Below, in pieces: positions 1 through 9,623 of a stretch of 64,000 nucleotides of DNA. Every line of letters begins with the position of its first letter. Within the stretch, counting starts at the first letter, position 1. The DNA is taken from positions 352,001-416,000 of the forward strand of contig CM000436.1 in assembly GCA_000165345.1 (NCBI GenBank). Reading direction: 5' to 3'. Both the position numbers and the translations under genes were made by a program. The notes beneath the pieces were generated by a model. It had not been told where the DNA came from. It made no database searches and saw only the letters and a program-made list of their open reading frames with translations.

Positions 1-193
1 ATAAATATTTACAACAGGTCTAAGTAAACTTCACAGGCTTCAAACACTTTAAAACTTGCAAATTTTCCTGCTGTTCTTTTTTTTTTTGGAAACCTAAAAA
101 TTACCTTTCCCCCTTAATTTAATTATTTCTTTTCTCCTTACCCTATTACCGTTATTGCTCCTTTATATAAGATTTTTTTTTGAGGGGTAAAAC

Positions 194-224
194 TTTGGCG
201 CCATACGTGGCGCTTCTTGGCGCC
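194..224. promoter_or_regulatory. Cluster of three E2F-like GGCGCC sites upstream of centrin
   Basis: TTTGGCGCCATACGTGGCGCTTCTTGGCGCC, about 300 bp upstream of ATG 525. TTTGGCGCC(AAA) is the classic over-represented Cryptosporidium upstream motif. Confidence 0.5.
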
Positions 225-524
225 TAAAGTTGAAATTATTATTTTGTGAGAGCATGTAAAGGAGATATAATGTGGGGAAATAGGTTGTAATTAAAATTGG
301 AATACAAGGAAAGGAAGAATTAAATAAATTGAGACTAAATAGGCGGAAGATAGATAATAATATATATTAAATTTGGTGAATTTAGTGGAAAATTTACGGC
401 CTATTTGAGTTTTAAAGTCTGTTAAAAAACGACGGATTATAGCATATATTGAAAGAAAGGGAATTAATTTAAATAAAATAGAGAGAGATAGTTTTCAATA
501 TCGTTTTAAGAGTAATTTTGAACA

Positions 525-1022
525 ATGAAGAGAAGAACATCACCAACTAGAAAGAGAGGAAATGAGTGGCCAGGTTTGACTGATGATGAAATTGAAGAAA
601 TAAGAAAAACCTTCAATTTATTTGATACTGATGGTTCTGGAACTATTGATCCAAAAGAAATGAAGGCAGCTATGCAAAGTTTGGGATTTGAAAGTCAGAA
701 TCCAACAATGTATCAATTGATCGCAGATTTGGATAGAGAAGGTTCTTCAGCCATAGATTTTGAAGAATTTTTGGATGCAATAGCATCAAAGCTTGGTGAT
801 AAGGATAGTAGAGAAGGGATTCAGAAGATATTTGCAATGTTTGATGATGATAAAACGGGAAGTATTACATTGAAGAATTTGAAAAGAGTAGCGCACGAGT
901 TAGGAGAGACAATGACTGACGATGAACTAAGAGAGATGATTGAGAGAGCAGATAGTAATGGAGATGGTGAAATTAGCTTTGAAGATTTCTATAGTATCAT
1001 GACTAAAAAGACTTTTGTATAA
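525..1022 (+). CDS. Centrin (caltractin), EF-hand calcium-binding protein
   Basis: 165-aa ORF starting at ATG 525. It has four EF-hand loops ([36 protein letters not shown]) and a basic N-terminal tail typical of centrins. Three GGCGCC (E2F-like) sites lie 300-330 bp upstream. Confidence 0.85.
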   Translation: MKRRTSPTRKRGNEWPGLTDDEIEEIRKTFNLFDTDGSGTIDPKEMKAAMQSLGFESQNPTMYQLIADLDREGSSAIDFEEFLDAIASKLGDKDSREGIQKIFAMFDDDKTGSITLKNLKRVAHELGETMTDDELREMIERADSNGDGEISFEDFYSIMTKKTFV

Positions 1023-1092
1023 ATTAAAACTTGAAAATAGTAATATTAGTATTGAAATTTTTGTTCAACTCTGTTTGAATTTATTTCATAAT

Positions 1093-2679
1093 TTATTTTT
1101 TTGAATTACCAGATTCTTGGTCATTTAAATATTTGTTGAGCATCTTAGGAATTTCTTCTTGTATTGAAATACTTGTATCCCATAGAAATGAAAATAGGTG
1201 TATTATTATTGAACATATAGAAATCCCAAAAAGGCTATATATAAGAACTTGATTAGGTATTAGTTTGTAATTAAGCTTTATATTTGATGCTAAGAGGAAT
1301 ATATAATAAAGATCGGATTTAAAAAGCCAAGAATTTGATAAATTTGTAATATATATAATATTAGATATTGGAATTAAGACTATACCAATAATAAAAATCA
1401 TAGAATTCATTGGAGTTTGTGATTTAACTAAAACATGTATTGGTAAACAATAGCATATTTTTTTAGCCAATAGATTCCAAGTATAACATATACATGATCC
1501 AATATATATTGGTAAAATCATTGAGAATATTATAAAAATCATATTAATTAATTGATTACCACTATAATTTGGAGGATTCTTGACAACAATATGAATGATT
1601 AATGTTGCATATATAGATATAGTTAGTAATAATGTAAAGAACATTTGTACTAATTTAATAATAATAAAGGTGATATTTTGTCCTTTAGTCCTGAATCTCT
1701 CCTCCAAATTCTCAAAATATGAGCTTAATGCAAATACCTCACTTTTATATTTATATATTTTTTGTTTAAGAGCTCTTGTTTCCTGCCAAGACTTTAAATA
1801 TTTGCTTGTGTAGAATTCTGATTCAAGTCCTTTGGAGCTTTGATCAAACTTTCTTTTCAGATTCTCTCCTTTATTTGATAGTGCTTTAGAGATTACATAG
1901 ATTTCTTTTTTCTTTTCTTGATATAAATGAATATCAATTAGTTTTGGTCTTCTAATGATTGAAATTAAGTAGTTAATTGGAATCAAAACGCTAGCAACTC
2001 CAATAAATAATACATTAAAAATATACCCAATAAATAATAATAATCCAGCTGTTGCTATGGAGAATGTTCCATTAAAAATTAAAGGATCACTTGCACAATT
2101 AGCTTCATTGATATAACCAAGTAATGTTAATCTTATGCATGTCTCTTTTGAAATGCTACCTAAGTGAATTTCTTTGAAAATTGCATAATTACCACCAATA
2201 AAGATCCAACAAAATAATGTAGATAAGAATGAAGCTAGATATGGAGTGTAAGATCTATTTAGTCCAATTTTTGTATCAAACTGGGTTTCATAATAAAATA
2301 TTGAAAAAGGAATAACCAAAGAAGTGAATAAAATATTCAAATACATCACTACCATAAACAAAGCTCTCATATTAACAGTTCTGAATTCTTGAGACCCAAT
2401 AATTGGATATTCATTAATAATATTCACTGGAACTAACATAAAGTTTATCCATATTAACTGTAATCCTAGAATTACAACTATTCTTGTTACTAAAGCTTGT
2501 GTAAAAAATCCTAAAAAAGTTTGGTGAGTCAAAGTGGGAAATAGCTGAAAAACCTTTAGCAAGTTTACTTACCTTTTGAATCTTCAGCATCCTCGAAAAT
2601 ATAAATTAACCTTAGATTAATAAATAAAGCGATGGAATTGTAGAATATTATAAAACAAATTAAAATGAAATCCATAAAT
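1093..2679 (-). CDS. LMBR1-domain-like multi-pass membrane protein (two exons; 5' end model uncertain)
   Basis: The ORF-track entry 1093..2562 starts at TTG (not ATG) directly after an in-frame TAA. About 9 predicted TM helices flank a central cytoplasmic coiled-coil loop (KEIYVISKAL...ETRALKQKIYKYK), and the size (about 490 aa) fits LMBR1/LMBRD. An upstream exon (about 2573..2679) encodes a TM1-like peptide FICFIIFYNSIALFINLRLIYIFEDAEDSK that resembles the human LMBR1 N-terminus. It is followed by a GTAAGT donor at 2572 and a CTTTTTTAG acceptor at 2511 (62-nt intron, phase 1); exon 2 is 1093..2510. The only ATG (2679) is out of frame by one base. Confidence 0.5.
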
Positions 2680-2817
2680 AATAATTCATAGCCTGTTTCA
2701 AATATTCTATGTTAACTTAAATGTTTTTTCCTTTGTTATTTATTAATAAATGTGAACTTATTTTTTTTTTTTTTTGCACTTCATTTAATTCATTCGTTTA
2801 AATTACGTCATTTTAAA

Positions 2818-2826
2818 TTTGGCGCC
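2818..2826. promoter_or_regulatory. E2F-like TTTGGCGCC site in divergent LMBR1-like/SMC5 promoter
   Basis: Exact TTTGGCGCC between the divergent starts at 2679 (-) and 3097 (+). CGTCA, ACCGGTA and CACGTAAT motifs are adjacent. Confidence 0.45.
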
Positions 2827-3096
2827 TAAATAAATTCATGAACACTGTACCGGTATTCATGCACAATTTTTTTTTTTTCAGTTAATATATTTATCCACAT
2901 AAATCACACGTAATTAAAAATAATTGCATTAATCATTTTGCTAAAGAAGGTAATTGAGAAACTTTTTGGAGTTATTTTTCCTCAATTCCATCTTTCCTTT
3001 ATGCAAATTCTAAGAAATATATTATAGTAACTGAATGAATGAGTTGATTGACAAATTTTGAGTTAATGATAATACTGATTAAAATTCATAAATTTA

Positions 3097-6000
3097 ATGA
3101 CTGTAATAAGTAAAAAAGGAAGATTAAAGAAAAATATTTGTGAAAGTGAACATGAAAATGATGATAAAGAAAAACAAGAAGTTAATAAAAGTAATCGAGA
3201 ATCTGGAAAAATCGAAAATGGTACATTAATTTCAATAGAACTAGAGAATTGGATGAATATAAAAGGGCCAACAAAGTATTGTTTTAATAATGGGGTTAAC
3301 ATCATTACAGGATTAAATGGGAGTGGTAAAAGTAGTGTGGCTTGTGGAATTGCAATTTCATTAGGATATGATACTCATATATTAGCTAGAGGTCATTACT
3401 TGTCATCATATATTCGTAATGGAAATACATCATGTAGATTATTAATAGCAATAAATAATGAAAAAGAGCATGAGAATCATTATATATCAGAAATTGAAAG
3501 AGTTATCACAATTGTAGAATCTAATAGAGCTAATAAGTCAAATTTGCAACCAGAAATTAGATCAAGTTGGAAATTAAATGGTAAGAAATGCTTAGAAAGG
3601 GATATAATAGCCTTAAGGAAAGGGTTAAACATTCAATTAGATAATATGGTTGCATTTCTAGCTCAACAAAGAGTTAGTCAGTTTGGTTCTCAAAGTCCTC
3701 AAGAAATATTTATCGATACTTTGAGAATCATTTCCAATGGAGAAAATTTAAAATCCAAAAATTCTCAAAATGAAAATATAATGATTGATACTACTATACT
3801 ATCTGAATATAAATTTAATGAAAATGATTTATTGAATGTATATTACCAATTTTTAAATATATTTAAGGACTCAAAAGATTGTAAATTAAGACTCAGAGAT
3901 CATGAAACAAGATTATCACAATTAAGTAATGAAATATCGAAATCCAAACAAAATGAAATTAAATATATACAATACTTGTTAAATAAAATGGGAATCTATT
4001 TGATCCATTTTTTTCAATCATTGAATGATATTTCAAATGATAAAGTTAGTTTATTAAATTTAGATGAGAGAAAAAAGAAAGTTATTAAAGTTATTACTGA
4101 AACAAGAAATGAACTCAAAAAATTGGAAAATGAGTCTTCAAAGATTTTTAAAGAACTTGAATTGGCTAATAAAAAGAAAGAAGACTTTTTAAGAAATTTA
4201 CAACATGATAAACTTGATACACAATTTAACTCATTAATGAATAATTTAGATCAAGTAATCAAAAAGTTACAAGAAAGTTACACAGATCCAAAGCTTTTAC
4301 TTGAAAGATATCGATTAAAAATGAAAGGAATACAAGATCAGATAATTGATATAGAAAATAAAATAAAGTATAGCATGGAACAATTTGAGAATGAATGGAA
4401 ACCAACATTGGTTAGATGCAAATTATATGAAGAAGATCTCCCTCATAAATTTGATAAAGTTACTGCTGAGAAGAAGAGAAAGCTATTAGGAGAAAGTCTG
4501 AGTGAAGTTTCTACCAAAAAAATAACATTACAAAAAAATATTAAGGAATTTGAGTTTATGCTCTCAAAACTAATTGAAAAGAAAAATTCTATTAATTCTA
4601 TTAATCCTGTAAACTTTAGAGAAAAGGTTCTGAGAGAAAAGTATCTTAAAAATATTAATCAAAAGGCCTTGTCAAGTTCCAAAAGAGAAAATATTCTTCA
4701 ATATTTTCAAAAGTTGAATGAGTATTCTGCTTTTGAAAATTATTTGCCAAAAAAAAAAGTAATAGGACCAATTGGAAGCTATATTTCTGTTAAGAGTATT
4801 AAATTTCAAACATTAGTTGAAGCATTTCTACAACAATTTCATTATTACTTTATCTCGGAAAGAGAGGACGTTAAATTGTTAACAGAAAGGTACCGTTTAA
4901 ATGTTTTAACATTGTCTAATTCAAAAACACCAATTTACCCAAAACTTGATGATGAAATGAAGAGTCTAGGAATTACAGGATTTCTACATGAACATTTGGA
5001 TTTTGAAGATGATACTATGAAAAACATACTATATCAAATTTCTGCTCAATTCTTCACATGCGTAATTATTGATAATCCAACATTATCAGTTGAAGAAATC
5101 CAAGAAGATCAAATTCTATATAAGATTTCAGATTGGTTTAAAAGAAAATACGATCAACCTGGAAACAAAATATCCAATAATATTCATCTGTTTATTACTC
5201 AACAAAATGTTGAAAATTATCTAGATTCAAAGAATGGAATTTTATTTAAACTTGTAACTTCTATATATAATCCAAATTCAAAAACTATATCGATGATCAA
5301 TCTTGGAGATAAAATGAATACAGTATTATTAAATAAAGATATAGTCAAAGAAGAAAACTTTGAAATTGAGCAAGTTAATCATCAAAAAAGTTCAGTTGAA
5401 ATTGAAATTGAACAGTTAGAATTGAAGATTAAAGAATCTTATAATACTTTTCAAGAGCTTAAGGAACAATACGATGGAGAAACTGCTCTACTTAATATGA
5501 TTACTGAGTGTATTAGTAATGTTCCTTTTTTATTTGAGAAAATATCTAGTTTGAAAAAAAGACTTGTTAATCTTGAAAAAGATATGAAAGAAAATACTCC
5601 AAATGAATCAGAAATCAAATTAAAGAATCAAAAACTCATTAAGTCTGCATTTATGGGTCAAAATCCATTGGATGATTTATCAGAGTCTATCGTTTTTAAA
5701 ACCAGTATATTTAATGAATTAAACAAAATTAATAAACTATTTCTAGAAATTTCTACTCAAGATTTTACTAAAAATAAGGAATTGAATGAAAAAGTTATTC
5801 AATTAAATACTAATTATTCATCATTTCAAAAAGAAATCATTCAAAAAAAAGAAGAAATAAGAAAATTTGAATTAGAAATGAATCAAGTTAATGAAGATTA
5901 TGATAAAATTATATCTAATTTGGATATTAAAAGAAAGGCTTCAATAGATTCTTATCTTCAATACTATTCAACTTATTGTCAATATTATAAGAGATTAAAG

Positions 6001-7379
6001 TATAATGATTTTAACAAAGGTTCTAATTCTAATCATAAATCAAATGAAAATATTTATGAATTTATTTATAATAAAATTGGTAAATGTGAAAATAATCAAT
6101 CTCAAGATCAAAATGATTGTGATAATGATAAAATCAATAGATCAAATTGGGATAATCATATTTCTGATGTTCCAGGTGTTAAATTCTTTTCATTTATAAT
6201 AAATGGAAATAAACCCTCATCAATTAATTGTGAGAAGATTCCTGATTATTGTTTAGAAATGATTAGTCAAGTATCGTCTGAGTTTGGACTTCTTAAATGT
6301 GAAAATTTACAATTTAAAGAAATAATGAATAATACATTAAAATATTCATCAAACTTGAGGAGTTACAATAATCAAATATTAAATCATGGAGAAGAAGAAA
6401 TGAAAGAGAATACTATTCTAGAAGATAATGAAGTTAAAGTAGGAAAAAGAGGTATTAAAAAGATTTCAAAAAATAATTCTTCTAATCATTTAACTCTATT
6501 TGATATTTTACTTGATAATGATGAATATAAAATAAGATATGAAAATCTATTTAATACAATAACTAGCTTAGAAGCCAAGACTCATAATACAAACTTAGAA
6601 AGAATGGCAGATTTAGAACAAGAATTTGAGATTTTAACCAAAGAAAGCCAAGATTTATCTAAAAGGATTATTATATATGAAGATTTTGTTTCTAAACATT
6701 ATAAGAAATGGATTGATCAATTAAAAATGATTGAAGATGTAGTTTCTCATTGTTTTGGAATTTTTATGAGATTTATTAATGATAAACATAATGGAAAGAT
6801 TATTATTCCTTTTATTAATAATTTTCTACTTTTTATGAATACTTCAATGGATACAGGTAATGAAGCTATATTTAATTATTTTGTTGATAATTTTGAAAAT
6901 GATTCAAAACTTAATATAATGGTTAGATTTAGTCCTGATGAAGATTTAAGATTATTTTCATCAAACTCAATTTCAGGAGGTGAACAATCTCTTTGTACTA
7001 TTCTTTTTATATTATCTTTACAGGTAAGTTTGAATGAATAAATATGGAAATATATTTATTTTTCTATCATTTATAGGGACTTTGTAATGGAAATTCATTC
7101 AAGTTATTTGATGAAATTAATCAAGGATTAGATAATTCACGAGAAATTAAACTAATGGAACTTTTAGATATTTTAACAAATAAAGAGAAAACCGAAAATT
7201 TATTAAAATTTAAAGAATATGAAAATAATTATGGAGAAATATATGAGAATATGAAAATTTCATCAAATTATAAAGATAATCAAATAATTATTATTACTCC
7301 ACATATCTTCCCAGGAGTAATTTTTGAGAACTTTTCAATACACTTTGTATTAAATGGTCCAGGATTTATAATAAATTAG
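3097..7379 (+). CDS. SMC5: Structural maintenance of chromosomes protein 5 (SMC5), two exons
   Basis: Exon 1 is 3097..7023. It carries an N-terminal Walker A (ITGLNGSGKSSVACGIAISLG), long coiled coils, and the ABC signature SGGEQS near its end. A GTAAGT donor sits at 7024 and a TTTATAG acceptor ends at 7076 (53-nt intron, phase 0). Exon 2 is 7077..7379 and encodes the Walker B/D-loop FKLFDEINQGLD and a ...ITPHIF...VLNGPG tail matching SMC5 (human PFRVVDEINQGMD ... FFITPK ... VYNGPH). Confidence 0.8.
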
Positions 7380-7392
7380 TTCAAGTGTATTT

Positions 7393-8787
7393 TTATTCGA
7401 GAAATTCTTGAAAAAATTTATACCAATTTGGATTATCTTGTATTCTTACAATAATGAATCCAATAGAGCCAAATCTCCAAATTAAATTTAAAGCAAAAGA
7501 AATTCTTCTAATTAAGCTGGCTAATTTAGGAGAATCAATATTACCATGGAAATTATTATGATTACCAATTCCAACACAAAAATAAATATCAACAAATTTT
7601 CCTTTAAATGATTTTTGTGAAAGTTCAAGTTCTTGTTGAGTAATTTTAAAATGATGAATATTTTTTGACAAGATTTCTTCCATATTAGCTTGGAATTTAT
7701 ATTTAATTATCATAATAATAGTAAATATGACTAAATTAATGGTTTCATTTCTATTAAAATTATGTAGATCAACAACAACTTGAGAATTATGATTTGATTT
7801 GGTTGAAAAGTAATCAATAAAATAATTATTTTGTGAGTTAAAAACAAGATTAAAGAGTCTTTTTTGAAGATTAAGTCTATCAATTTTAATAGAATTAATT
7901 TTATGTTTAAATTCTTGACTCTTTATTGCTTTATATTCACTTATATTAGAGTTATTTAAGATATTATTAAGTTCAGAATATTTTAATTTCAAAGACAAAT
8001 TCAAATCTTGAATTTGATTTTGTAGAATTTCTATTTCTTTCAAACTCTCTTTACTCCTAGAACTAAGTTTCATGTCTTTAATTTGTATTGAATTTGATTC
8101 ATTTCCAGGTCCTTCTGGTGGCCAATTTTTATTTTTTCCTTCTTTAACTTTGAATAATCTTGGAGAATTGAATATTTTAGTTAGAATACTACTAAATATA
8201 TTCATTTCATAATGAATTAACTCACTTTGAATCTCAAAAATATTCCATGGTTTTTTCCCCAGCTTAAGAATATCCCTTTGTATGCTATTATTATTATTAT
8301 TACTACTCTTTAAGGGATTTATCGGATTACTACTAGTTTGTTGATTTTGCGTGCACACAGACAAATATGACAATTTATTATTTTGTTTAAGAAAATCTTT
8401 CATATAAGTATCCAATTCATCATTTTGAATCTGATTAAAGTAGAAATTTAAGTTCAAATATCTATTAAAATCTATATTATTATTTAAATCCTGATATTGT
8501 TTGTCAAATTCACCGGAATTTTTAGAAGATTCTTGAAAATCGAACTGACAACAATCATTATAACCCTCTTTGATTGAAATTTCAGATAACTTCTCATATA
8601 ATTCGTTTATAATATTATTCATTTCATTTTCGTAACTATACTCTTTATCGCAGCTAGATAACTGTTTACATAGCTTAAGGTTTTCCTTAACTAAGTAATC
8701 AAAAATGTCTCCTATTATAACATCAGGGATATCACTAAAAATCTCAGACATATGCTTAACCACATTGTCACGAGTGTATGATTTCAT
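7393..8787 (-). CDS. CUE-domain plus Smr-domain protein (Cue2/N4BP2-like putative endonuclease)
   Basis: 464-aa ORF with ATG at 8787. The N-terminus has a CUE-like motif (MSEIFSDIPDVIIGDIFDYLVKENLKLCKQL). The C-terminus is Smr-like (VVVDLHNF...ETINLV ... IYFCVGIGNHNNFHGNIDSPKLASLIRRI). The middle is N/S-rich low-complexity. Confidence 0.45.
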   Translation of the reverse strand: MKSYTRDNVVKHMSEIFSDIPDVIIGDIFDYLVKENLKLCKQLSSCDKEYSYENEMNNIINELYEKLSEISIKEGYNDCCQFDFQESSKNSGEFDKQYQDLNNNIDFNRYLNLNFYFNQIQNDELDTYMKDFLKQNNKLSYLSVCTQNQQTSSNPINPLKSSNNNNNSIQRDILKLGKKPWNIFEIQSELIHYEMNIFSSILTKIFNSPRLFKVKEGKNKNWPPEGPGNESNSIQIKDMKLSSRSKESLKEIEILQNQIQDLNLSLKLKYSELNNILNNSNISEYKAIKSQEFKHKINSIKIDRLNLQKRLFNLVFNSQNNYFIDYFSTKSNHNSQVVVDLHNFNRNETINLVIFTIIMIIKYKFQANMEEILSKNIHHFKITQQELELSQKSFKGKFVDIYFCVGIGNHNNFHGNIDSPKLASLIRRISFALNLIWRFGSIGFIIVRIQDNPNWYKFFQEFLE

Positions 8788-9623
8788 TATTTATTCTTAA
8801 TATTACTTTTAATTAAATTATTAAGTGAAATTTTGTCCCCAAAACAATCCAACTCAACTAGACCTCAAACACCATATAAATTACCGTTCACTATTCCATT
8901 CATCCTAATAATGGATAGCTTTTTTTTTTTTAATAAAAAATTAAAATTTATTCTAATAAATTAATTTTTTTTCCCCCGAAACCATATTCCCGCTCAAAGT
9001 CACCTGGTACATGTGAAAAAGGATGTGTGCAATGGTAGAGACTGACATTTGTGACAATGGAACTCAGTAATTTAAAAAGAAAAAGAAAAGAAAATTCTTT
9101 TTAACTCAGATATTTAAACATATTTCCGTTCATTAATAATAATAATAATAAAATATAAATATATATGTTAAAAATAAATATTTATTGAAATTATTTAATT
9201 AAAAATTAAAATAATTGGATCCACATAAATTATTTTATTATAATTACGTGTATTAATAAAAAACACCGGTATATGCAAGTAAAATTTGCATGTAAAAATA
9301 GCTTACGTGGCATGATTTTTATTTTTATTTTTTTATTTTAAATTAATAATTTAAGTATAAAGAATAAATGGTAAATTAATTTTTTTAATTCAAATGAATA
9401 ATGTCAATTGGTAAAGATAAATATCTAATCGTGAATTTTTGGTACTTTTATTTCTAATATAATATAATTAAAGAAAATTGTTAGATGGAATTAATAAATT
9501 TGGATGAGTGAAAATATTTTCTGTCAAGTTAAAATAGTAAAAAGTACAAGTAAAAAGAAAAATTATGTTGATAAAAGTTAAATAATAACATTTCAAATAT
9601 AATAAATTAAAAATTTTGGAAAT

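Noticed and set aside
1595-1813. 72-aa + strand ORF inside the LMBR1-like gene, and the similar antisense ORFs 3063..3305, 6005..6199, 11942..12229, 25779..26051, 29214..29408, 30202..30414, 30987..31256, 31797..32003, 36177..36518, 40097..40411, 41911..42111, 42631..42846, 43495..43683, 47845..48060, 48414..48728, 48799..49023, 49336..49530, 50879..51181, 54659..54949, 56274..56519, 57987..58181, 62650..62841, 63322..63546, 63677..63889
   Set aside because: All are short, AT-rich-codon ORFs embedded in or antisense to larger genes with clear homology. They have no independent support.
2545-2572. 28-nt candidate intron (GTAAGT...TTTTCAG) joining a mini-exon ATG CTG AAG ATT CAA AAG to the LMBR1-like ORF
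   Set aside because: It is far shorter than the other introns in the window (53-178 nt) and yields only a 6-codon first exon. The 62-nt alternative with the CTTTTTTAG acceptor recovers a conserved LMBR1 N-terminal helix instead.
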